From IMG/VR virus record IMGVR_UViG_2911005044_000001: 64,000 nucleotides of DNA; one strand, 5' to 3'. The DNA is from an uncultured virus (IMG/VR IMGVR_UViG_2911005044_000001). Taxonomy: Duplodnaviria > Heunggongvirae > Uroviricota > Caudoviricetes. The notes below the pieces were generated by a model that made no database searches, was not told where the DNA came from, and saw nothing but the letters and a program-made list of their open reading frames with translations. Shown here piece by piece: positions 1 through 9,046 of the stretch; the first letter of the stretch is position 1, and each line of letters begins with the position of its first letter. The position numbers and the translations under genes are program-made.

Positions 1-1545
1 ATGCATACTATAAATTTCAAACAAACATTCCGCAATGAAGAGATTCTTGATAATGTCTTTATACTAACTACTAACCAATGGCAAAGCACAGAAGAGCAGC
101 AGTTATCAGTAATTGAATCAGGACCAAAACAAGTGCTTTTTCAGAACATAATAGAGCACATCCAGCAAGCTGAAGAGATGATTTGCTTACAATCTTTTCT
201 TATTCAAGATACAAGTATCATAGACGCATTAGTTGAAGCAAGTCAAAGAGATGTTAAGGTTTTTATCTTAGATGCTGCAGAGACACGATTAAAAACACAG
301 GCTTACCCAGAGGATGATAATTTTATTACTGATGAGTATAAAGAAATGATAAACAAGAAGTTTAGAAGACATTTTGTACATCGTCAAGCAGAAAATCTAC
401 ACGCAAAATTTATTTTGATTGATCCAAAATCAAACAATGCCAATGGATATCTATTTACAGGTAACTTTAATGAAAAGCCTTTTAAAGAAAACCCAGAATT
501 AGGTGTTGAACTTGATGAGAGACAAACTAATGAGCTATTTAAGTTATTTGTATATCATTTTTGGGAACATACTACAGATGAGCAGAATGACACCGAAACA
601 TTTGATAAAGTTCGACCAGCAAATAAATTCCAAGCACCACAACTAGATCACATTCTTTGCACATCTCCAAATGCGGGCTTGTCTAATCTAAAGAGCACGT
701 TAATTACCAGCATTAGTAATACTCAAGAGAGTATATCATTTTCAACTTTTGGTTTAGATATTGAGCACGAGTTAGCGAAAGAGATCTTAAGTAAAATTAA
801 ATCAGGGATTGAAGTGACCATCTTCTGTAGACCAAGAGAAAAAACTATTGTAAATCATATTTCGGAATTACAAAAAGCTGGCGCAAAAGTATTCTGCCAT
901 CCATTAATACACGCTAAAAGTATTATTGTGGACGATAAAGAAGCGTATGTTTTTACAGCAAACTTTGAAAAGCACGGAATGGATACTGGATTTGAGGTTG
1001 GTATGCTTCTTAGTAATAGACAAACCAAAGATTTGATAGGAATACATAATAAATGGAAACAGGATTTTCCGTTGACATTTCACTCTCAAAAAAGTGTACA
1101 AGAAATTAGCAACTACAATACGTTCAAAAACAAAGCACTAGTAACTGATAAAATTTCAGAAACTAAAAAAGTCAATCTGAAAAAAGAGATTACGAAGCTA
1201 TTAGACTTAGCTACTTTTTTTAAGGATACTAATGGAACAAATAATTTTGAAAAACATAAAAATTTAGAAGTCGATAAGGTCGCTACATTAAAAGGATTTG
1301 TAGAAAACGAATCAGCGAGATTAGAACCTATTGACGAAGTACTTTCTAAGGTATTGATTAAAAAAGTGAACACTTCTAAAATGAAGAAGGGAGAAAAGAA
1401 ACCTCAAGAATCAGAGATTAAATGGATAGCTGCCAATAAAATAGTTATTAATATCGATTGGGTAAAGTCAAATAAAGAAGAGCTAATGCAATACATTAAT
1501 TCAAAATGGTCGGAATATAAAAATATGGAGCTTTATGGAAACTAA
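1..1545 (+). CDS. Phospholipase D-family protein with two HKD motifs (probable nuclease, defence cargo)
   Basis: Motifs LHAKFILID..TGNF and IHAKSIIVD..TANF; no signal peptide or TM segment. Confidence 0.8.
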   Translation: MHTINFKQTFRNEEILDNVFILTTNQWQSTEEQQLSVIESGPKQVLFQNIIEHIQQAEEMICLQSFLIQDTSIIDALVEASQRDVKVFILDAAETRLKTQAYPEDDNFITDEYKEMINKKFRRHFVHRQAENLHAKFILIDPKSNNANGYLFTGNFNEKPFKENPELGVELDERQTNELFKLFVYHFWEHTTDEQNDTETFDKVRPANKFQAPQLDHILCTSPNAGLSNLKSTLITSISNTQESISFSTFGLDIEHELAKEILSKIKSGIEVTIFCRPREKTIVNHISELQKAGAKVFCHPLIHAKSIIVDDKEAYVFTANFEKHGMDTGFEVGMLLSNRQTKDLIGIHNKWKQDFPLTFHSQKSVQEISNYNTFKNKALVTDKISETKKVNLKKEITKLLDLATFFKDTNGTNNFEKHKNLEVDKVATLKGFVENESARLEPIDEVLSKVLIKKVNTSKMKKGEKKPQESEIKWIAANKIVINIDWVKSNKEELMQYINSKWSEYKNMELYGN

Positions 1546-3100
1546 AAACTGTCTTTTAACCTGGGATTCCTACAATCACGGTTTCATTGTTACTGCTAGA
1601 ACTATTCTTGGTTTATTGGAGAATGAAAATATTTTGATAAATGAAGTCTTGTATTTGCATAACCAGCCATTAACTGATCTAAACATAGCAGAAAGAAAGG
1701 TATTCTTTAAAGAAGAGCTAGATGCTAAAATTCTGATTGATAAGGACAGATTAGCCAAAGTAAAAAGGGTAAGAGATCAATTTGAACTACAAGAAAGACC
1801 GCTCCCTATATTCAGAAATAAGGGAATCACAATAAAAAGTGTGACACATTACCAATCCATATATGATGGATTGGTACAATTACTTAAATCTGATTTCAGT
1901 ACCTATTCAGGTAATTTACATATTAATGTTTCTCCAGGAACACCTCAAATGCACGTAGTATGGCTAATGTTAAATGCGAGTGGTTATCTTCCAGAGAACA
2001 CTAGACTATGGTCTAGTCAATGGTCGAAAGCAGATGATAGTTATGCAATAAATGAAATAAAATTTAAGCCTAAAACGTACCTAAGTGAAGTTCTCAAACG
2101 TAAGTTTAATGACATATTTACTCCGCTAATAAATCCTAATGACACTCAATCTGGATTACGAATGGAAGCAGAGAAACGTATTGAAGTTTTTGCGCATCTA
2201 TTAAATGTTCCTATAATGCTTTTAGGTGAACGTGGAACAGGAAAGTCCACTTATGTCAGAGAGGTGATTGCTCCTTTACATACTAATTTACCTTATAAAG
2301 AATTGGCTTGCGGAACTTTTAACGAAGAACTACTTAGAGGAGAACTTTTTGGATATATCAAAGGCGCATTTACAGGAGCAAATCAGGACAAAGACGGCAT
2401 ATTAGCTGAGTTTGAAAAAGGAGGTGTTCTATTTTTGGATGAAATTCAAGATTTATCAAAACCTTTACAACGCCAGCTTATTCAAGTTCTACAAACTGGT
2501 CAGTACTATCCTCTAGGATCTAATGAACCTAGAACCGCCAAATTCAGATTGATTACTGCTAGTAACAAGAGCTTTCAAGAATTAAACGACACATATTTAG
2601 ATTTAGATTTTATAGATAGAATTGCTCATTTTATAGTGGAAATACCACCGCTGAGAAAGTCGAGAGAGGATCTATTAAGATTTTGGAGCGAAGCTTGGAA
2701 AAGCGTTCATAATAGCGATGATGGTCTAAAATTGATTAATACAACCGCGCTTGATAAGTTTTTAACTGAAGATCCGCTTTTCGGAAACTTTAGAGATTTA
2801 CAACGACTTGCAGCACTTGTAGGTGCGTTTTATTTATCACATAAGAATCAAAAAGTTGCCGTAAAGGAGGCTATTTCAGAATTCAAAAAATGGTCAACTA
2901 AACAGCAACCAAACAAATCGAGTGATACTTTCTTTATAGATGGTAAAGATTATAATCACATTATTGCTCATTTCAATAAGGAACTAGTTCTCTGGGCTGA
3001 ATCTAACTACGGCACACTGCAAAAGGTAAGTAAGGTGCTGAAGCGTTCAGAAAGTGCATTAAGAAAGGATAAAAGTATGGAACGGTTGTTTAAGAGGTAA
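1535..3100 (+). CDS. Sigma54-dependent enhancer-binding AAA+ regulator with RtcR/CARF-like N-terminal domain
   Basis: N-terminal HINVSPGTPQM; Walker A GERGTGKS; GAFTGA; Walker B LFLDEIQD; GNFRDL; C-terminal HTH. Confidence 0.8.
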   Translation: METKNCLLTWDSYNHGFIVTARTILGLLENENILINEVLYLHNQPLTDLNIAERKVFFKEELDAKILIDKDRLAKVKRVRDQFELQERPLPIFRNKGITIKSVTHYQSIYDGLVQLLKSDFSTYSGNLHINVSPGTPQMHVVWLMLNASGYLPENTRLWSSQWSKADDSYAINEIKFKPKTYLSEVLKRKFNDIFTPLINPNDTQSGLRMEAEKRIEVFAHLLNVPIMLLGERGTGKSTYVREVIAPLHTNLPYKELACGTFNEELLRGELFGYIKGAFTGANQDKDGILAEFEKGGVLFLDEIQDLSKPLQRQLIQVLQTGQYYPLGSNEPRTAKFRLITASNKSFQELNDTYLDLDFIDRIAHFIVEIPPLRKSREDLLRFWSEAWKSVHNSDDGLKLINTTALDKFLTEDPLFGNFRDLQRLAALVGAFYLSHKNQKVAVKEAISEFKKWSTKQQPNKSSDTFFIDGKDYNHIIAHFNKELVLWAESNYGTLQKVSKVLKRSESALRKDKSMERLFKR

Positions 3101-3103
3101 GTG

Positions 3104-3640
3104 TCAAACAAAAGGATTAACCTCCGCAGGCGTCCCACTTGGATAACCCCAAGCAACATACTGCGACTTCATATCATCAGTATCAAGATGTACAAAGGTT
3201 CTACCTACTCCTATGCGCTTAAAACCAACATCGCGAGCCACAGAGACTAAGTGATTTCGGATAAATGTAGTTTGAGCCTTTATATCTACAGCTTTACACG
3301 TAGGGATTTTATGAGACGAACTGGAAACACCGCCCACTTTTTTGTTGTGTGATGGGCTACGAGCTCCAGAGTTGATCCATTGAAAAATGGGATAGCCTGT
3401 TCTGGCTTCCAGTTGCTGAAGCATAAAAATTAATTGCCTATCCATACAATTACCAGAACCAGGAATATCTGGACTGTCAAAAACCGACAAGTCGATAGGT
3501 TGTCGATTGATTTGTACCACTTGATTTTTAACCGATTTTACTTTTGATTTTCTATAAATAGCAAAAGCACCTATCATCAAAATTGACAAGGTGCCTAATC
3601 CAACATAGATATGTTGATTGTTATTTTTTACCACAACCAC
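3104..3640 (-). CDS. Peptidase M15A (Zn D-Ala-D-Ala peptidase, endolysin-like) with N-terminal membrane anchor
   Basis: INSGARSPSHNKKVGG-SSSH..KAVDI..GVGRTFVHLD; N-terminal hydrophobic helix. Confidence 0.85.
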   Translation of the reverse strand: MVVVKNNNQHIYVGLGTLSILMIGAFAIYRKSKVKSVKNQVVQINRQPIDLSVFDSPDIPGSGNCMDRQLIFMLQQLEARTGYPIFQWINSGARSPSHNKKVGGVSSSSHKIPTCKAVDIKAQTTFIRNHLVSVARDVGFKRIGVGRTFVHLDTDDMKSQYVAWGYPSGTPAEVNPFV

Positions 3641-3767
3641 ATCCTTTTACAGACTCTTTACTTTTCTTGTATCTCAAGAATAGGTCGGAACTTATTTTTA
3701 CAGCGCTTAATAGTATAAACGCTCCAAAAATATAGTTCAATGTATTATTTCCTTTATCTACGTTCAT
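3621..3767 (-). CDS. 48-aa single-TM protein ending in GCGCGKK (absent from ORF track)
   Basis: Manual translation MNVDKGNNTLNYIFGAFILLSAVKISSDLFLRYKKSKESVKGCGCGKK; fills the operon gap and overlaps both neighbours. Confidence 0.7.
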   Translation of the reverse strand: MNVDKGNNTLNYIFGAFILLSAVKISSDLFLRYKKSKESVKGCGCGKK

Positions 3768-4086
3768 TGCTTTTTTGCTTATTAAAAATTTGAATTTCTT
3801 CTTCTAACTGCTCGATATACTTTTCAAGATCAGTGATACGATCTCGTTGTTTAGTTATCGTTTTATTCATCAAGGTATTCTTGCTCTCCAGTTGTTTTAA
3901 ACGCTTTTCCATATTCTCAGACCATAGCTTATAGTTTTCCACTACAAGACTATTGGCCTGGACGTTTAGGTTACGTATTTCCGCACTTTTAAGACGTCTT
4001 TGCGTCCCATATTGCAATAGCACTTCAATGAGTTTCCAAAACCCAGTAGCACCCAGTACAATTGCAAGTATTTTGATTAAATCCAT
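3754..4086 (-). CDS. N-terminal TM plus coiled-coil protein (holin/lysis accessory-like)
   Basis: ILAIVLGATGFWKLI followed by heptad-rich coil; next to M15 peptidase. Confidence 0.5.
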   Translation of the reverse strand: MDLIKILAIVLGATGFWKLIEVLLQYGTQRRLKSAEIRNLNVQANSLVVENYKLWSENMEKRLKQLESKNTLMNKTITKQRDRITDLEKYIEQLEEEIQIFNKQKSNERR

Positions 4087-4128
4087 TACTTTTTAGATTA
4101 CGCTTTCGCGAAAGCATCATTATTTTTA

Positions 4129-4662
4129 TTACAGCGTTTTAGAAACTCGTGTTCTTCTTACAATTACTGGCTCAGATTCTTCGATTTCATCTCTCTCGAT
4201 GACATCTGGAGGCAATACAAATATTCCACCTGAGAACGGTCTGAATTTCAGTGGAAGCTCAGCCACATAAGGGTTAACATTAAAGATGATTTCATCTTCT
4301 GGATCGTTAAAAATGCCACTTACAAATACACGACCGTCATCATCTATTGCATAGTAAAATGGTTTTCCTTGACGGCTCAAAAGTGTTCCTGTATGCTCGC
4401 CTTGTTGGTTTTTGTTGATTGGTGCTGGTAGACTCAACTGCCAGCCCGCAATTTCCTTTCTTCCAGATCTGGAGCGCAATCTAATGTCTTTGCCAATGAC
4501 GATATTCTCGTTAATCACTGCATAAATATTACGTCCAGGTGAGTGCAACATATCTGCATTTAATTGATTAGATGGCACACTCAGCTCACGCTGAGTGTTT
4601 GCTATTAATCCGCCACCTTGTGTTTTGATTATTACATTACTTTGATATCCTACTATACTCAT
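4129..4662 (-). CDS. Hypothetical beta-rich protein, possibly a virion fibre/minor component
   Basis: 177-aa ORF coupled within the operon; beta-strand-like pattern. Confidence 0.45.
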   Translation of the reverse strand: MSIVGYQSNVIIKTQGGGLIANTQRELSVPSNQLNADMLHSPGRNIYAVINENIVIGKDIRLRSRSGRKEIAGWQLSLPAPINKNQQGEHTGTLLSRQGKPFYYAIDDDGRVFVSGIFNDPEDEIIFNVNPYVAELPLKFRPFSGGIFVLPPDVIERDEIEESEPVIVRRTRVSKTL

Positions 4663-5081
4663 TATTGTGCTATTATTATTCCGGTTAGTATGAGTAAGCC
4701 TCCGCCAAAAAACCAGCGCTCCAGCTTACCTCTTTTTATTTGTTTGTGCTGTCTTTTAATGGTCAAGTTCAGCTCTTGAATATGTGACTCATCATTATCT
4801 TGAATGATAACAAGGTTTTCAACTTTACGCTCCAACTTAACTATGATCGTATCCTTTTTTTGAGTGAGATACTGCCATCTATAGTTCCGTAATTGCAGCG
4901 TGTCTATAATACTATCTTGGTAAACACTGAACTCTAATCGCTTTGCCAGATACTTGGATTGTGACAAATCAAAACAGAAGTATTTTTTACTCTTTATATC
5001 TTGTACTATCGGCTGTAAATCCTGAGAAATACTCATACAAGTCCAGAGCAGACATCCTATCAATAGTATTAATTTTTTCAT
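4662..5081 (-). CDS. Signal peptide, coiled coil and C-terminal TM protein (spanin-like)
   Basis: MKKLILLIGCLLWTCMSISQ start, coiled coil, WFFGGGLLILTGIIIAQ end; overlaps upstream gene by ~95 bp. Confidence 0.5.
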   Translation of the reverse strand: MKKLILLIGCLLWTCMSISQDLQPIVQDIKSKKYFCFDLSQSKYLAKRLEFSVYQDSIIDTLQLRNYRWQYLTQKKDTIIVKLERKVENLVIIQDNDESHIQELNLTIKRQHKQIKRGKLERWFFGGGLLILTGIIIAQ

Positions 5082-5337
5082 CCAGTGCATTTTGTAAATT
5101 TTCTATCGTTTTATGGCTTGAGACTATTTTACCAGTTAAGCTATCCGTTTGCTTTTTTAGCCTTTTTATTTCTTCATCAAGGGTTACATTCTCAATTGAG
5201 AGTAGTTCGTTTTCCTCTTCTAATTTCTGAATAGTGTCATTGTTCAAAGCTTCTTCGTGCGGAATGATGTAAAAGATGAGCAAGACAATAATCCCTGCAA
5301 TCCAAAGCACTAATAAAAAAGGTTTCCAAAACTTCAT
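4987..5337 (-). CDS. Type II membrane coiled-coil protein (i-spanin/Rz-like)
   Basis: N-terminal TM followed by long heptad coil. Confidence 0.5.
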   Translation of the reverse strand: MKFWKPFLLVLWIAGIIVLLIFYIIPHEEALNNDTIQKLEEENELLSIENVTLDEEIKRLKKQTDSLTGKIVSSHKTIENLQNALDEKINTIDRMSALDLYEYFSGFTADSTRYKE

Positions 5338-5660
5338 TACTCTTTGGGTTTCGTTTGAAATAGCTTGTTCAAAAACTTCTCTAATAAGAGTTTATGAAAG
5401 ACCAATGCAAAAGCAAAAGACTGTAATAAACACTCAATCATTTTTATTTGATAACCTCTCAAGAAAAACAGCGCAACGCCGTAAATAATGCCAATTATGA
5501 GCACACGATAACGAGTCGCAATTTTGAGCTTAAAGACTTCATAGAAAAAGTTGGTTGAGCGGTAATGATTAAGACCATAAGCAATCACTATAAAGGTGAG
5601 TATATAAGCCCAGTCCAGACTGTTTAAATAATTGGATATGTGTGCTAAAATTTCTATCAT
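5337..5660 (-). CDS. Three-TM membrane protein (holin-like)
   Basis: 107 aa, three hydrophobic segments, basic C-terminus, upstream of spanin-like pair. Confidence 0.5.
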   Translation of the reverse strand: MIEILAHISNYLNSLDWAYILTFIVIAYGLNHYRSTNFFYEVFKLKIATRYRVLIIGIIYGVALFFLRGYQIKMIECLLQSFAFALVFHKLLLEKFLNKLFQTKPKE

Positions 5661-5905
5661 TTTAATTGTGTTTTAAGGGTTGATTTTATGCTTTTAATAT
5701 CTGCTTGTAACGCTACTATTTGATGATTAGGAAATAGATTCTTAGTCAAATGTGCTACTAAAACTATGGTTGCTCCAGAAGCTAATAGCGCAAGAATTAT
5801 CTTGGTTAATGTTTGATTGGTAAGTGTGACTGTAACTTCTGTTTTGATACCATCTTTATCTACCAGACCGTCTATTAAATCTTTAATGCTTCTCTTTTCT
5901 GCCAT
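5657..5905 (-). CDS. Small single-TM protein (putative virion membrane protein)
   Basis: IILALLASGATIVLVA segment. Confidence 0.55.
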   Translation of the reverse strand: MAEKRSIKDLIDGLVDKDGIKTEVTVTLTNQTLTKIILALLASGATIVLVAHLTKNLFPNHQIVALQADIKSIKSTLKTQLK

Positions 5906-6386
5906 CTTTTTGTTGCTTTTTTATCTTACCCATTTTTCGTTCGTTAAATAGCTGTTCTGACACTTCTTTTACTTTGTAAAGTCTTAAAACACGTTCTTCA
6001 GTAATGGCATCAAACTCATCAGTAATTATGCCTTTTGCTGCTCCGTGATTTTTCAAGAGATACACACGTAGTTGATAGACGCGTTCTCCTTTGCTTCCTA
6101 ATTTTAAAGGGAAATCATCATTGGGTTCTGGCAGTACTTCGGGCTTATTGACAATTGCTTTCTTTTCTTTTTCTAAGGAAACAATAGGCTTTATTTCTAC
6201 AACAGGAATCACTTTTTTAACAGGTATTGGTTTATCTTCTTTTTCAGATTTTGATTCCTCAACAATGGTAAATTCAGCATCCTCAACAGTTTGTTCTTTA
6301 TCTCTAAAGAGGACGTAACCCAATAATCCTAATCCCAAAAGCCCACCAGCGATAAGTAATCCTTTTTGCATCGTTTGTTCGCTCAT
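5883..6386 (-). CDS. N-terminal TM plus PG_binding_1-like domain protein
   Basis: TM GLLIAGGLLGLGLLGYV; FPLKLGSKGERVYQLRVYL...DEFDAIT. Confidence 0.6.
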   Translation of the reverse strand: MSEQTMQKGLLIAGGLLGLGLLGYVLFRDKEQTVEDAEFTIVEESKSEKEDKPIPVKKVIPVVEIKPIVSLEKEKKAIVNKPEVLPEPNDDFPLKLGSKGERVYQLRVYLLKNHGAAKGIITDEFDAITEERVLRLYKVKEVSEQLFNERKMGKIKKQQKDGRKEKH

Positions 6387-6889
6387 TATTTCCCAAGACT
6401 TGACAGCGCTTTTCGCATTCCAGCGATATCGGCTTGTGTGAATACTGTTTTCTTTAATCGCTTTTGCGCAGCTCGTGAAGTTTTAGGTCCAAATTGTCCA
6501 TCCACACCATCTCGTTTTGGTCCCGTTTTACCTAAATCTTCTTTGTAGATTTTCAGGTAACGCTGTAATATTTTCACATCAGGATGACGGCTTCCATATT
6601 TGATAGGATAGCCTGTTTTAGTAATAACTGGTTTCGTACTTGAACTTGATGATGTTGAAGAACTCGGAATAAAAGGTGGCGTTTGATAGCTGGATGAACT
6701 ACTTGGTACTGTTGTAATTCCTGACGAAGAAGCGCTCGCTAATGCAGCTTCTTTTTTCTCCTTTTTTTTGGTCATAAAATAATACGCGGTGGCTGCTCCT
6801 GCGAGTACCACGATAACACCACCTACCACTAAAAGGTCTTTGTTCTTAGCCATAAATGATGGATTTGTTGCTGTTGATTTCTGTTTCAT
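6386..6889 (-). CDS. N-terminal TM, Ser/Thr linker and peptidoglycan-binding (PG_binding_1) domain protein
   Basis: YPIKYGSRHPDVKILQRYL...DGVDGQFGPKTSRA. Confidence 0.7.
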   Translation of the reverse strand: MKQKSTATNPSFMAKNKDLLVVGGVIVVLAGAATAYYFMTKKKEKKEAALASASSSGITTVPSSSSSYQTPPFIPSSSTSSSSSTKPVITKTGYPIKYGSRHPDVKILQRYLKIYKEDLGKTGPKRDGVDGQFGPKTSRAAQKRLKKTVFTQADIAGMRKALSSLGK

Positions 6890-6898
6890 TGGTTCGAT

Positions 6899-7420
6899 TT
6901 ACGATTGATAATTAGGAAGGCGTTGCACATAATTTGAGACGTATTCCTTCATTTCACTTTGGCTTAAAAAGCTATTCAAGTGTTGCCACATATCTTTTTT
7001 GTAGAGTTGATAATATGCTTTAGAAAGACTGGCGATTTGCGTTTTATCACGCAACTTTTTACCAAAAACATCTTTGATGGCCTCTTCATCATCATTAAAA
7101 GTGCCTTTCGCATCCTTAATGATTTTAGCCAGTTTCTTAGCCGAGGCATCGTCCAGTACTTGAATGCTTTTGGGCGCTACCCATTTCTGAACGTCAGTTA
7201 GGTAGTTCATATCAAATGGACTGTTCCAGTTCGGCTCTTGTTTGGTCGTTCCTACGTTTCCAGTAGTGACTTGCACGCCAGTTCCAACAGATGCGGTTGT
7301 TGTGGATTTAAGTGCTTGTTGCTTTGTACGCTTTCGCGAAAGCGTAACAAAAACACCTATCCCGATAACGCCAAGTCCCGCGCCACCTATCATCCACCAT
7401 CCTGTTTTTGAGATTTCCAT
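6899..7420 (-). CDS. N-terminal TM plus annexin-repeat-like helical domain
   Basis: AKIIKDAKGTFNDDEEAIKDVF..TQIASLSKAYYQLYKKDMWQHL. Confidence 0.55.
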   Translation of the reverse strand: MEISKTGWWMIGGAGLGVIGIGVFVTLSRKRTKQQALKSTTTASVGTGVQVTTGNVGTTKQEPNWNSPFDMNYLTDVQKWVAPKSIQVLDDASAKKLAKIIKDAKGTFNDDEEAIKDVFGKKLRDKTQIASLSKAYYQLYKKDMWQHLNSFLSQSEMKEYVSNYVQRLPNYQS

Positions 7421-7421
7421 A

Positions 7422-7910
7422 TTAAGCTGTTCTGTAATTAGGTAGCGCCTTCACGATGTTGAGCACTATGGTTATTTCTTCCTTGTCAAAGCGGTCTTTG
7501 AGCGTGTCAATTAGGTTTTTTGAATAGGTTTCTTGGTAGGCTTTTGCTACTTGTGACACCTGAACTTTATCTTTCATCTTGCGGAAGACTCCGTAGACTT
7601 GTTCTTCATCATCGCCACCTTGATACCAGCTTCCCCAAGCTTTGTGAATCTGGTCTGCATAGCGAGAAGCCGTACTTGTTTTTACTACCAATACTTCGCG
7701 ATTTACGGTCTGTAACACCTTATTCAAAAAATGAATATCAAAAGCATTTTGCGAGGTCAGTCCACTTGAAATTGGTTGAATTTGTGCTTGAATAGCAGTC
7801 AGTAATTTGCTGGTGCGTAAGTCACGACTACGCTTTCTCATTGAGAAAAACGTGGTTCCTATAAAGAGTGTTCCCACACTGGCGCCTATAATTTTATACG
7901 TCATACTCAT
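7422..7910 (-). CDS. N-terminal TM plus annexin-repeat-like domain; paralog of 6899..7420
   Basis: ADQIHKAWG..GDDEEQVYGVF..VQVSQVAKAYQETYSKNLIDTL; both proteins end LPNY. Confidence 0.55.
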   Translation of the reverse strand: MSMTYKIIGASVGTLFIGTTFFSMRKRSRDLRTSKLLTAIQAQIQPISSGLTSQNAFDIHFLNKVLQTVNREVLVVKTSTASRYADQIHKAWGSWYQGGDDEEQVYGVFRKMKDKVQVSQVAKAYQETYSKNLIDTLKDRFDKEEITIVLNIVKALPNYRTA

Positions 7911-8353
7911 TTGCCCAACAATTTTAAGCCACGACCTGCAGGTGTGAGCATTGCTAAATCTGATACATCCGCATTTTTTGCTGAATTTTTAAGAAGTACG
8001 ATAACTCCAACCAACACAACTGCAAGTATCACAGGCACTCCAATCGATAATACTTTCGTCAAACTTTTTCCCAAGCCAAAAATATTTCCACGTATCTCAG
8101 ATAAATCGGCAATTGTTCTGGTTGCCATATTGGAAACATCAAGGTTGTTTTGATGGAGCCATTTGTTAAAGTTGGGACTCGTCGTACAAGTTGCTGAACC
8201 ATTAGATTTCCAAGTAATGAGCCATATCATTTTTGCATTCTCTTGACCTAATTCGCTTTTCAATTTGGCGAAATAGCTTGTCCAGAAATCACACGGATCG
8301 TCTGCTTCTGGAACTAAAAAAATGCGGTTATCTATGTTTACTTGTATAGCCAT
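7907..8353 (-). CDS. Hypothetical protein with C-terminal TM (putative virion membrane protein)
   Basis: IGVPVILAVVLVGVIVLL; coupled in operon. Confidence 0.55.
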   Translation of the reverse strand: MAIQVNIDNRIFLVPEADDPCDFWTSYFAKLKSELGQENAKMIWLITWKSNGSATCTTSPNFNKWLHQNNLDVSNMATRTIADLSEIRGNIFGLGKSLTKVLSIGVPVILAVVLVGVIVLLKNSAKNADVSDLAMLTPAGRGLKLLGK

Positions 8354-8541
8354 TAATTACTTCTGAAAATGGTATTACTGTGTTTTTTGCTATCGGTTTT
8401 ACTGAAATCGTTCTTTTCTAAAAATTGCTGAAGGCGAGCTTTGAGTTGCGCTTCTTTTTTTAAAGCGGTGCGCTTATCGTAATTGATATATAGCTGCCTG
8501 CCCAACCAAAAACCAACACCTAATGTCAAAATCGTTTTCAT
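8353..8541 (-). CDS. Small membrane-associated protein
   Basis: 62 aa, hydrophobic N-terminus, abuts both neighbours. Confidence 0.5.
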   Translation of the reverse strand: MKTILTLGVGFWLGRQLYINYDKRTALKKEAQLKARLQQFLEKNDFSKTDSKKHSNTIFRSN

Positions 8542-9036
8542 CTACTTTCTCTTATAAATATTATGCTCGGGAATGTCTAATTCTCTGAGCCATTCTGCTA
8601 CTTCAAATCCTGGACTATCTTCATCTGCTTTGGTAGGGATTTCATTAAAACCTGCAATAATGATGTCTGGAAAGCGCAGTATATAGAACTTTACAATCGC
8701 TTCAAGTGCCGCTTTTTGTTCATCGGTACGCGTGTCTTTGTCCCAAGCTTCCTTGAGTGTTCTGCCACCTACATAAGCAATGTGTTTGGCAATTCCCGTG
8801 ATACCGTTTTGACCGTGAGAGATTCCCCATAAATCTGTAGTTGTTGGGCTTTCTTCACTTATGATGGTTTGTAAAACACCATCTTGAAGTACGAGGTAAT
8901 CAATGCCTGGACGATTCCAACCAAAGCCGCCTTTATCTTTAGGAAGCGTATGTTGATTGATAATAATTTCCTTACCGAAGTCTTTCGCTTCGCTGGTGTC
9001 GGTACTTTGTATAATGAGATAATCTACTTTTTGCAT
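8542..9036 (-). CDS. T7-lysozyme-like N-acetylmuramoyl-L-alanine amidase fold, Zn ligands substituted (probably inactive)
   Basis: LIIQST, GW..PG.DYLV..DG, IAYVGG, RTDEQK.AL, IAGFNE, DSPGFEV align with Amidase_2 motifs. Confidence 0.7.
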   Translation of the reverse strand: MQKVDYLIIQSTDTSEAKDFGKEIIINQHTLPKDKGGFGWNRPGIDYLVLQDGVLQTIISEESPTTTDLWGISHGQNGITGIAKHIAYVGGRTLKEAWDKDTRTDEQKAALEAIVKFYILRFPDIIIAGFNEIPTKADEDSPGFEVAEWLRELDIPEHNIYKRK

Positions 9037-9046
9037 CTTCTGTGAT

